DNA of 64,000 nucleotides. Origin: Octopus vulgaris (lineage: Eukaryota). A program made the position numbers and the translations under genes. The stretch is taken from assembly GCA_951406725.2 (NCBI GenBank), contig OX597815.1:172360001-172424000 (forward strand), given 5' to 3'. The notes beneath the pieces were generated by a model. That model made no database searches. It saw nothing but the letters and a program-made list of their open reading frames with translations, and was not told the DNA's origin. Of this stretch, positions 41,268 to 53,447 are shown piece by piece (within the stretch, counting starts at the first letter, position 1; every line of letters starts with the position of its first letter).

Positions 41268-41577
41268 GTACATAGGTGTATGTGGGTGTATGTATATATA
41301 GGTGTAAATATGTGTATATAGGGAACTAGGTGTGTTGTGTGTGCATGAGTGTATGTGCGTATGAATATATATTTTTCTGTGTATATATGTATGTGTGGTC
41401 GCGGGTATATATATATATATACATGTGTGTATGCGTGCATGCATGGGAGTGAGTGTATGCATATATACGTGTGTGTATGTGTAGACAGGTATAGGCATGT
41501 GCATGTGTATAAATTTGTATATGTGGGCGGGTGTATGTATGTGTGTATGTAGATATGTATGTATGTGTGTATATATG

Positions 41578-41608
<31 letters not shown>

Positions 41609-41928
41609 GTGTATATATATATGTGTATATATATGTGTGTGTAGATACGTATACATGTGTGTATAGGTATAAGTGAGAATCTCCTTATTTACCTATAACT
41701 CTATCCCCCCTTTGTTTTATATATATATTTTTTATATATATATTTTTTATATATATTTTTTATTTTTTATTTTTTTATTTATCTATTCTTTCATCTAACT
41801 TACCACTGACTCCTTGACCACTCCCCCAAGTATGATATTTTGCGCTATGCCTACCCCCAAAAAGTCCCCCACCACCACTCCTTTAAACCTGCCTAAATGT
41901 ATAAATGCTAATACAATTCTTGTTAAAT

Positions 41929-41979
41929 AGCTTCCTGAAGATTTCTCTTGAATGAAACAGTACTAGTCCTGTAGAAGCT
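41929..41979 (+). ncRNA. Type I hammerhead ribozyme fold (right arm)
   Basis: AGCTTC-CTGAAGA-T.TTC-TCTT-GAA.T-GAAACAG-TACTAGTC-CTGTA-GAAGCT: 6-bp stem I, intact core, ACAG/CTGT stem III, GUA site (predicted cut after 41973). Confidence 0.8.
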
Positions 41980-42062
41980 CCTTCTATATAATAAATTAAT
42001 TTTACTCTGCTATGTATTGAGTACCTTACTTACTGTGGTTAACCCCGAATCAACCCGGGACC

Positions 42063-42108
<46 letters not shown>

Positions 42109-42394
42109 TATACATGCATACACACACACACATATATATATAGGTTAGTAGACTTAGCAGTTGGAATAACTGTCTAAGGGATAAGAATATTTGTTTTTAC
42201 TACCGGTATAAGTTACTTATGTTAATCCTGGGCATACATATGCAAGCATATTATGCTCATAGGATACAGGCAATAACAAAATAAACAAGGGTTTACCAGG
42301 ATTCAAATTTAAATTAAGCAGAAAATGGAGGAAATTCTTGATCAACAAACAAATCGACTACCATCGATTATTATTTTTTTTATACAAAACTTTA

Positions 42395-42517
42395 TCACTT
42401 CTAACAGCCGTTTCTGCTTCCAATGTCCCCCCAGTGCTGCTAAAGAAAATTCTGAGAATAATATTCGTCATATTCTATAGCACATTCGATCAGGTACATG
42501 GAGCTTCATCAGAGTGA
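42395..42517 (-). ncRNA. Long-stem-II hammerhead-like motif
   Basis: TCACT-CTGATGA-A-GCTCCATGT..ACATTGGAAGC-A-GAAAC-GGCT-GTT-AGA-AGTGA; homologue at 32147-32754. Confidence 0.55.
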
Positions 42518-42629
42518 AGAAAAATGCATAAAATAAGAGAAGAGAAAAGAAAAGCACCTCAAGATGAAGAAAGAAGTTTTAATATATTTGAATCATACTA
42601 TTTTGCCCATTCCTTTCTCTTTTATTATA

Positions 42630-43182
42630 TCAGGTCACTTTCGAGTGCTACTGGTAACATGTAACCCAGTACAACCTGTTGCATGGTCGGGTCATCGGTG
42701 ACTAAACCAGCAACCCCACCAAGCTTGCTTGGTGAGGAGGATGTTTATTGGACACCCTGCGGGATGAAAAACAAAACCCGTCAAAGGGCGGAGGAACTCT
42801 TGAGAGTCAACGGCCATCCAATAAATGTCTTAAGGCTGTATCATGCGCGGGGACATAGAAATAATCAGACTGAATACCCAATCGCGTGGTTAAACCATTG
42901 GGAGTGAGGGACCCCTAGCCTTTGTTAGGGCATCCTTCTAGGAGAAGGTAACTCAGGTAACTGGGATAACTCCGACATAAAACCTGCGGCTCAGTGGTTA
43001 CCGATGATGTTGACTTGTTCTTCTTTTCGGATTATGGCTGCTGTTGCTTAGTGAGTGGCATTGACTCAGTGCACAACCTTTCCTCACTTTAAAAAAAATC
43101 TTCTTGCACAGGCATTGCACGATAACAACATTGATTAAGCTTCGCGCAATGGCCATGCTCAATAACGAGGGGGCAGCCACCA
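42630..43182 (+). mobile_element. Structured non-coding repeat resembling RTE UTR sequence
   Basis: GC-richer island with hairpins, ctaggagaaggtaactc motif reminiscent of RTE 5' UTRs, ends in (TGTA)n. Confidence 0.4.
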
Positions 43183-43299
43183 TGTATGTATGTTTGTATG
43201 TATGTATGTATTTATCTATGTATGTATGTATGTATATATATATACATTTTAGTCCATGACTTACATCAGAGAAGACTAGTGGTATACAACTATCATCAT

Positions 43300-44320
43300 G
43301 AATGGCTGGTTTTTCTGTTGGGTGTAACTGAGATATCCTCATTCAACAACATTTTATAATAGCAGCTTAATACCTCTTTTTGACATCAGTAAGGGTAAGT
43401 GTATCATTGTCATTCCTAACACATTTGTCTCGAATGGCATCTTAATTTTCTCTAGTATATTGTCTTGCAATCCAGAACACCACACACACTAACCTAAGAA
43501 TATGTGCAAAACTCTTACTTTTGGCTTCATCTCTTGTTAAGTATACCAGGCATCTAACTTTTCTTCTAACTACTTGAAATTGTTCTTTACAGCTAGTTTT
43601 CTTCCACTCTTTCCAGGCCTGTCCTTTACTTCTGGTGGTATCCATGATATTAATTCTACTATCATATCACCATCAGTTTGGCTGAAACCTTGTTTCAGCA
43701 ACAGATCTTATATGTAGCCCTCAGCAAGTTATCTTTTAGGAACTTCCAATCACATATTATGTTGTAAGTCCCTTTCTTTTTCTCCCTGCATGAGTTATTA
43801 CTTCTCTGGATCTACAAATGGTCAATAGCACTTTAAACTTTCATCTTTTCTTCCTTCAAGATTGTCTTGAGTCTCTGAGGTGATTACTAATCAGAAGTTT
43901 ATGTTGTATGATATATCTTTTATCAAGGAAACACTTAGCTTTCACAACCATATGTCCACCCGATGAATATGAAATCTAACTGGCTTGTATTTCAGACATT
44001 TGACCCCCTATCAGGTGATCAAAGGAAACCCTATCAAGTTTCCCAGAGTTTGTGTTGCAAACTACCAAACTGTTTGCTTCATGAAAATTCCATGGGCCTT
44101 GATTCCTCTTCATTTCTCAAACTACAGTTTTAGTGTCAATGTATGCCAGAAGATCTACCATGGTGATGCCCAATATGTTTGTTAAAGTCATCAACCATGG
44201 ATAACAAGGTCATTATCATTTAATTTCGAGGTAGTCTGCATGAAGGCTTCATAAGGGTGACCCTTTTATTCATCTAATACTCCTTATTGTGGTGCATATA
44301 CACAGATATTTACATTTTTT
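43300..44320 (-). mobile_element. Heavily decayed RTE LINE, endonuclease/linker region
   Basis: VYAPQ, DFNKHIG, VVCNT and AWKEWKK..RRKVR..VYL remnants with many stops. Confidence 0.55.
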
Positions 44321-44329
44321 GAATATTAT

Positions 44330-45298
44330 GATGTATGAGATGTGCAATGCCATTGTGCATGCTTTGAGAGAAATATTGTGCAAAAGAAGCATCAGCTGTA
44401 GTGTGCAGAAGAGTAGACTGCACTAGTATGGTAATGTAATGCATATGGATGAGGACAACTGCATAAAGAAGTGCTGATCTCTAAATGCACAGGGAAACTG
44501 TAGAAGAGGAGCCTGTGAAGATGTGGGACAAAGCAGTGAGAAATGATCTTCAGATGCTGGCCCTCACAGAGGAGGTGACAAAGGACTGAAACATTTGGCA
44601 ATTCGCTGGGCTTGAGAAGACTCGCCTGGCTAAGTAAAATCCAGGACATAACGGTAAGATCTTTACGTCCTTTCTCTCGTCAACCCAGCTTCCCCCCAGC
44701 CATGCTCACTACCACTGTATTTCCATCCTTCATGTACCTACCAGCACACAATATATCGCACTTGAATCCCTTGCTAACAGCATATCCTTCTAATATTTAT
44801 CCTCTCTACCTGTGCCCACTTATTACATTCCCCTATCACCAGCTCCCAGTCTCCTTTCGCTATATTGTGAACTCATCCACACACACACCCTCTCCAATCC
44901 CTTGTCCACTTCACCATACACACCTCCCTGTAACTTGGGTGTATGGCCCCTATCCCATCCTCATAGCATCAGCACCATCTTCTCTCTCCTCTCTCTGCCC
45001 ATCTGAAGTAACTATGTTTCTCTTCTAATGCAAGAAACCTTTTTCTTTCCCTCAGTATTACTCTCCTCCCTGCCCCCTCTCCCATAATCGAGGGGTTATA
45101 CCCAGCAAGTTACTTGGTGACTTCACCGGCGCTGGTGCCAGGTAGTACACTCTGTAAAGCATCTAGTACACTCTGTAAAGTGGCTGGTATTAGGAAGGGC
45201 ATCCAGCCAAAGCAGATACTGAAGTTTGGCACAGTCTACTGATTTGTCAGTTCTTGTGAAACCATCCAACCCATGCCAGCATGGAAAACGGATGTTAA

Positions 45299-45380
<82 letters not shown>
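44330..45380 (+). mobile_element. RTE LINE 3' end with 3' UTR and (GAT)n tail
   Basis: RLH*YGNVMHMDEDNCIKKC..WDKAVRNDLQMLALTEEVTKD..LEKT, then the ggaagggcatccagc tail and long (GAT)n. Confidence 0.75.
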
Positions 45381-46135
45381 CAACGACGATGACAATGGCA
45401 GCAACAATGACAACATGATATACTTGATGATATTGTGTACTTTTTATTTATTCATTCATTCATAAGATGGAGCTCAACAATACTCATCTTCATCTTCTAT
45501 TATAATTCTATTCATATCTGGAATGCATTATAAGAATATAAATAAACACAGCACTTATTGTTTATTTAACTGCTCCAGAATGGTGAAAGAGAAATTAATT
45601 TTAGCAGGATATGAACTACGCACATAAAGAGCGATAATTAAATACTGCAAGGCATTTTGCCCACTGTTCTTACCATTCTTTCAGTCCATCACCCCTCTTT
45701 TTATATTCTGGACTTGAAAATGGACTGCTAGCTCAGTGGATATTATTAATGCACTGAACCTAGAATTATAAATTCCATCATACAGCCTGATAATGCTTTC
45801 AGATGTCCCTACAATATGTGGTTATATCTCAGTTGGAAAATACTGGTCAAAACTGTTTAATCCACATGAATTTTGGATCTAGTCATGGCCAACTCAGATC
45901 TTTTCCCATGATGTTGTAAATAAAATCGCACTATTATAACTACAGTAAACTATCAAAAATTGAATACCAGAAAAGTTGCTTTTATTCATGGTTCATCAAA
46001 GGGGTGGCTCTTTTCTTACTACATCAAAGATAAACAGAGTTATCAAAAATAAACAAACACATAAATAAAATAAAGCAATTTAAATGAAAAAATAAAAACA
46101 AAGCACTTACAAACTGCAAGAAAATAATTGTTTAA

Positions 46136-46661
46136 CCCGTTTGCATTTAAATTAGCCATATCCAGCTCAAATATTCTATCTGTTTTATGTTCAAACAAGC
46201 CAGATCTGGTATCTCATACCTACCCTACAAATAAAAATACACAATCACATCATTGAAATCTCAAAGCCATAATTTAATACATGATTAATTCAAAGCAATG
46301 TGAATATATGTGAAGGCACATGGCCTAGTGGTTAGAGCAGCGGACTTGCGGTTGATGGATCACAGACTGGGTGATGTGTGTGTTTATGAGCGAAACGCCT
46401 AAGCTCCACGCGGCTCCGGCAGAAGGTAATGGCGAAACTTCTGCTGACGCTTTCGCCACAACTTTCTCTCGCTCTTTCCTCCTGCATCTTGTAGCTCACC
46501 TGCGACAGACCAGTGTCCCATCCAGGTGGGCAATCTATATGCCAAGAAGCCGGGGAAACTGGCCCTTATGAGCCAGGCATGGCTCAAGAAGGAACAAACA
46601 ACAACAAAAAATGTGAATATATATGGATTACACTTGACAGGGTAATCTGAATGCTAAAAGG
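46136..46661. mobile_element. piggyBac-like MITE containing a SINE
   Basis: TTAA flanks, TIRs CCCGTTTGCATT / AATGCTAAAAGG; second copy in opposite orientation at ~25895-26350. Confidence 0.6.
46310..46609 (+). mobile_element. tRNA-derived SINE (third family) with 13-bp TSD
   Basis: tggcctagtggttagagc A box, (AAC)n tail, direct repeat AATGTGAATATAT at 46297-46309 and 46610-46622. Confidence 0.8.
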
Positions 46662-47151
46662 TTAACTGATAGCTGAGAAAATGTACAAGTCCCTTGATAA
46701 CTCTGTTTCAATTCCTGATTGTAGATATTTCATTAATACATTACTGTTGCCTTCAGAAAATCAGTAATGTTACAGTTTCTCTTCTGACATTCTCTGAAGC
46801 CTCATGCCTATGTATTAGAAATTAATATTTGTCAACAGCCTGTTTGACTTGGTTTTCTATATTAAAACTAGCAAGAGGCATATATATGCTATTCTAAATA
46901 TCAGTGTAAAACAAATAAATTGCATAAATAATTTTGGGAGGTATTATCATTTTGTTTTCACAGTAAATATAATTTTCCTCCATCATATAACTGATGTCTA
47001 AAGCTATCAAAATACATCTAAATATTAACACGGAAAAACCCTGTTCTATGGCCAGTTTAATGAGTTTGCATGTGGTAATGGTAGTGGTGGTGGTTGGTGT
47101 TGTCACTGTTGCTGTCATCACCATCATTGTCCTCCTCATTGTGGGAGTGTA

Positions 47152-47247
<96 letters not shown>

Positions 47248-48543
47248 TGTGAGTTTTATGCATATGTTTTTAAAGTTAAAGAAACATAACTCCGCTCACT
47301 CCTTCAGATAAAACAAACATGATAATGTCTTTGATAGAAGTAGAAATCCAAATAATGACAATGTAGAAGGTGAGGTTGAAAGGTGATGCAGAAGAATTCA
47401 ATGTAAATAAGATATCATTTGATATGGCAAGCTGATAATCTCATATCACAAAATTTATGCTTCAATCTAAATATATTCTCAGTTGACTTTATCAACTCTA
47501 GCATTTGATCACAGAAATATTTATTTCCTGATTACTTTTCTTTTTTGTATTTATAATAAATTATTAGATACTGCTTTAATGATAAGTTCAGCTTTTCTCT
47601 TTTTAACTTATATCTGGTAAATGCATTACCAATGCTTGATGTAGGTCTTCCAGCTATGATTGAGATATGTGTTGATCTTCAAAATATTTACCATCCTTTG
47701 TTGGAAGAAAAAAAAAGTGTTTCCTTTTCTTTTCCTCTTTTGTCATAGCACATATGAATGAATCAATTGAAACAGATTCTATTTTCCATGGAATGAATTC
47801 TGCTTACAGAATGATTCTTATAGCAACGTATTTCAGAATGACTTAGTGTAAACAACCAGTATAAAATCATTGATAACATTTGACAATAAAGGAAGAATAT
47901 AAGAGCAGAAAAGATTTTGTTACAATAATGGCAAATGAAAATCCCAAATGGCAGTCATATTTCCATTTCAAATAATATGCTTCTTTCTAGCTTAATTTTT
48001 AAACTATTATGTTTTGCTGTTTCAAATGCACACACCTTTATTTATGCTTTTATATATTTCTTTTCCAGCTATCAATACATTTTATTGTTACATTTTATTA
48101 TTATCTTAATAATGAGTTGAAAAGTGGGCAAAGTTAGAATATATTTCAGAGATGGTGAAGAAATGCATATGATGTTAGAATGATATGCCATTTCTTAAAT
48201 ATGAAATATTCCAGCTTCTAAATTCCACCCTCAAAGATTTGGTCAATCTGATGCTATAGTAGATGATGCAGACAGTGTGGGTTGGGTGACAAGGGAAGTG
48301 GTTGCAAGAAAAGAGAGAACTGGTAGTACAAAAGAGGGATGAAGTATGTGCAGGTCAAGTCTTGTATTATTACAGCAACTGAGTAAATAGTGCCATAGCC
48401 AGAAGAGTGATGGAGGAATGGGTGTTAGGAAGATGAGTTATGGGGAAGGTTTGATAGGGACTAGATTAGGCACAGAGGCATTGACATAAACAATATGCTT
48501 TTAGGATTTCATATATGTATTTGTGGATATATATATGTATATA

Positions 48544-48616
<73 letters not shown>

Positions 48617-48888
48617 TCTTCATCATCATTTAAAATTTGCTTTCCATACTGGCATGGGTTGGATAGTGTGACAAGGAACTGGTAAGCTGCAGGGCTGTGT
48701 CAGTTTCCAATGTCATCTTTGGTATGGTTTCTACATCCGGATGCCCTTCCTAATGCCAACCACACTACAGTGTATACTGGGTGCTTTTTGTGCTCCTCCT
48801 ACACTAGTGAGGTTATCATGTAACTTGCAAGATAGAAAAGAACAGAGGAAAAGGAAAAAGTTACTGCTACTTAGAGGAAGTATTTGGA

Positions 48889-48983
<95 letters not shown>

Positions 48984-48997
48984 CACACACACACATA

Positions 48998-49882
48998 CAA
49001 GGTTTGATCAACAAGTATCTGAACTATTGCCATAGTAATGAAGCTAAAGCACACAGAGTGAAGCTGCTAGGCACAGATTGACCTTCAACTCTGCTCTGCA
49101 TGTGCACTAAGTTTTAATATTCTAGCACACTTCTGCTGTTTACAACAGTACTTGGAAGGAAGGTGTGTAGTGTGTGATCATCGCATTGACCATGACAAAG
49201 TTGTCGTGATAATACCTGCTCAGAAGCCTATGTAAAGTTACAGAAAGTGTATGGAGTAGAATGTATGAGCTGCACACAAGTGTATGAGTGGTTCACACGT
49301 TTCCAAGATGGCCAAAAAAATATCAATAGTGACAAACAGTCTGGGGGACCTGCAACCAGCAGAACTGGGATAAACATTGCAGATGTGCATGCAGGTGTGA
49401 GAGGAAATTCTTGAGTCACCATCAATGAGTTATCAGAGGATGTGCAGATTAGTCACATTTCAGTTCTGTCCATTATCACTGAAGATTTGGGTATGAGATG
49501 CGTATCTGCCAAGTTTGTGCCAAAACTGCTTTCAGCTGACCAAAAAGACACAGGTTTCAGTCGCACAAGATCTCCTTGATTGTGTTGAGAATGCTGAAAA
49601 ATTTTTGAAAACATTGTGTAAATCTCTGAGTAGGTATCACCAACCTTTTGGCAAAATTTGATGCAGATTCTCTGCTCAGCTTTCTGTATCATGGTCAATG
49701 TGATGATCACATGCTACACACCTTCCTTCCAAGCACTGCTGTAAACAGTGGAAGTGAGCTAGAATGTTAAGACTTAGTGTGCATACAGAGCAGAGTTCAA
49801 GGTCAATCTGTGCCAAGCAGCTTCACTCTGCATGCATTAGCTTCGTTACTACAGCAACAATCTAGATACTTATGATCAGACC

Positions 49883-49885
<3 letters not shown>
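48998..49885. mobile_element. Fold-back mariner derivative made of two 5' ends
   Basis: ~200-bp imperfect inverted arms, TA flanks, transposase N-terminal HTH remnants on both strands (EQRICIKFCQK on -; VYEWFTRFQDG on +). Confidence 0.8.
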
Positions 49886-49921
<36 letters not shown>

Positions 49922-50780
49922 CACATAGGAATATACAAATATACATCATTATCATCAACGTCATTTGATTATTTTATATCTGACTTTCTATGGTGGCATG
50001 AATTGGTTTGGTCATAATGGACTGTGTCAATTGTATAACAAAGTGCCAAGCACTTAAAGTTGGTGGAACCTGTAGAAAACAGACTCAAAAAGACATGCGA
50101 TGAAATGGTGAAAACTGATCACTGGAACCTGAACCTCTTCAAGGCAGTTACAAAGAACTATGATGAATGGCAAGTTGCAAATGTTTGGAAAACCTGTTCA
50201 CAGACCTAGTATGCAGAAGAGATAAGTTAGCCTCTCAAATGTTGGTACCTAAATGAAATATACTCACATACACATACAAGCACACATTATATGTATATAA
50301 TATATATATATATGTGTGGCATGGGGTGTGTATGTATGTGTGAGTGTGTATGTATTCATATGTCAGATGAAGAGCACTGGATTATATGTTGTAGAGGATA
50401 TGGTTCTTTTATTGAAATAGAAACTCAAGCCATGAGACAACCTCTTAGGTTCAGTTTCATTTTAAAAGATCTGTGTATATAAATGCATGTGTGTGTGTGT
50501 GTGTCTATGTGTGAGAGAGAGAGAGCATGCATGTATGTAGATATACACTTATACATATATGCACACATATCATCATCATCATCATCATCAGTCAATATCC
50601 ATTTTCCATGCTGGCATGGATTGGCCAGGGGTTGTACCAAGTTCTGTAGACTGTTTGGCTTGGTTTCTACAGCTGAATGGCCTTCCTAATGCCAACCACT
50701 TTACAGAGTATACTGGGTGCATTTTATATGGCACCGTGTAAATATACACATATATATGTATAGATGTATTCATATACATA

Positions 50781-50831
<51 letters not shown>

Positions 50832-51309
50832 CCTCATATTTGCATACATCATAGGAAAGCTAAATACCACAGGAAGTCTGTTTGTTGTGAATACATCAAC
50901 AAAAAGACCAAGTCTAGGACTTCAACTTTGTGTGTGTATGTGTGTGTGTGTGTACGTGTGTGTGTGAATGTGCGTGTGTGTGTGTATATGTGTGTGTGTG
51001 CGTGTGTGGATGTGTGTTTTTGTGTCTGTTTACATGTGTGTTTGTGTTCATGTATGCGTTTGTGAAGATTTGAACATAAATGGTGCTTTTTGCATTTGGA
51101 GCTGTCTACTTATGCAAGTAGATATAAGCATACACACATATGTATGCCTCTGTGTGTGTGTGTGTGGATATATATATATATGTACATATTTTATATATAT
51201 ATATACATATAAAACCTACTTGGAAAAGGATGCATGGTGTTCAATCATATGATAATATAAATAATATATAAATATATGCATATATACATATATATATGTA
51301 CATACTTAC

Positions 51310-51341
<32 letters not shown>

Positions 51342-52337
51342 GCATATATATATATATATATATATATATACATGCATATATGGCTACAGGACATCAAAAA
51401 AACGTTGAACACAATGAGAATGTATGTATGTGCGTATGTATGTATGTATGTATGTATGTATGTATGCATGTATGTATGTATATATGTATGTATGTATGTA
51501 TGCATGCATGTATGTATGTATGAGTGTATGCATGTATGTATATATGTATATATGTATGTATGTATGTATCTATCTATCTATGCGTGTATTATGTATGTAT
51601 GTATGCACATATATATATGTATGTATATGTGTATGTCATCTCAATCTCTGTGTGCCACTGATGTTATAGCTGACTGCACTGAAAATCAGGATCAGTGCCC
51701 TGCAACACTTTATCAACTCAAAACAAATTCCTGCACAGGAACTTCCTGGGTTCTTGAAACGTTTGCACTCTTCAGTTATGAGTTTACTTCCACCATGTAT
51801 ATATGTATACGTATGTATGTAGATCTGTTGTTATGCATATAACACATAAAGTCATGAATCCATTTTTGCGTTAACGTGTGTATATGTGTGCTTGTACATG
51901 TGTAAATATTTTTGTAATATGTTTACATCTCCTCAATACTGCTACCCCATTGTTCATTATTATTTCTCTGTTGAAGTGGAGATTGTTGGTAAAGATTTGA
52001 TATTCCTACTTCACTTTTTTCTTTGATCAGTATCATCAACAGGCTAACAAACGGATTGACTGACAATCTAACAGGATGCCGAAGACAGAAATACTGTGTT
52101 CTTCAATAGACCACACAGTAAATTTCCTTTGACCTCCACATAACCTTTTGTTTTAGATTAGAAAAGAAGACATTTTATAGTGCAGAACAGGAATTAAAAT
52201 TTTTTTATTTTATTTTTCTTATTTTTATTCACTGAAAGAATTTTGAATACAAAAGAAATTATTTGTATATATATATATATATATATATGTATGACAGTTT
52301 TCATAAGCTCTCAAATGTATATGTATACACACACACT

Positions 52338-52393
<56 letters not shown>

Positions 52394-52490
52394 TATAAAG
52401 AGCTTATGAAAACTGTCATAGATATATATATATACAAATATATGTATATGTTTGTGCGTGTGTGTGTGTATACATATATGTGTGTGTGTA

Positions 52491-52547
<57 letters not shown>

Positions 52548-53447
52548 ATAATCCAAAGTATGCAGTTTTATATATCCATTACCACTGATCTTAGCAATTA
52601 GTTTCATGCTAGGGATTCAACCCTAGCATGTTTGCAGATATATAATACTATACACCTTGGATCATATACCCTCTCCATTGACAGATATACAAGTGATTTT
52701 TTCCTGGCTTATAAACACTTAGGCAACTTAGACACACACTCACACATCAAGACTTATACATATGTGTGTGTATGTGTGCATATATATATAGGTATATATA
52801 CATATAACTAAGTCAGAAAAAATATGCACTCGTATATATGTGTCAGTAGAGCGGGTATATTAATTGAAGTGTTCAGAAGTATATATCCATAGAAGACCTC
52901 ACCTGGATGCATGTAATGGAGTAACTGCCACTAAATATAGCTCAGGCACCAAGGGGTGTTGTGAAACCAGTTGACAGATTAATGTTTTTAGTGAGATGTA
53001 GTCTTTTGATCTGTCTTGACAGGTAGAACTGACTCAGATTGTGACAACCTGCCCAACCCATGCTTGGAATGAGGATGTAAAAACGATGAGGAGGGGGAAG
53101 ATGACGATGTTTGTGCATCCGTTGTGTGTGTGTAATATTGTTTATTTCTAAAAGAAATACATACTTCTACAGAATTATTAGGATTGGGACATTGTCAGTT
53201 GAAAAGAAATGCTTCATTTTTGAATAAAGTCATTTGTACCAAAGTTTTTGAAGTTTAGTGTAGTGGTTCTCAACATATTATATATGGCTCTTGGGGGGTC
53301 CATATATAATATTTTGTTGTTAAAATTTATCTACAATAAACTGTTTATATTTCTACAATAAAACAAAATATTTTAATGTTTTGAGCAACACCATTCGAGC
53401 ATGATTGTTACCTGCATCACCTTACTAGCACTTGTGCTGGTGGCAAG

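Larger units (their letters stand above)
38514..41990. repeat. ~3.5 kb palindrome: arms 38514-40212 and 40289-41990, 76-bp spacer
   Basis: Unique islands recur as reverse complements (38520-38850 vs 41660-41984; 39410-39720 vs 40790-41100); mirrored ORFs 39468..40433(+) and 40088..41041(-). Confidence 0.95.

Noticed and set aside
51652-51768. CTGATGT...GAAACGTT with GTGC/GCAC flanks; similar traces at ~15185-15260, 50363-50440, 61875-61898 and 62625-62732
   Set aside because: Core mutations and weak stems; may be decayed hammerheads but cannot be supported by eye.
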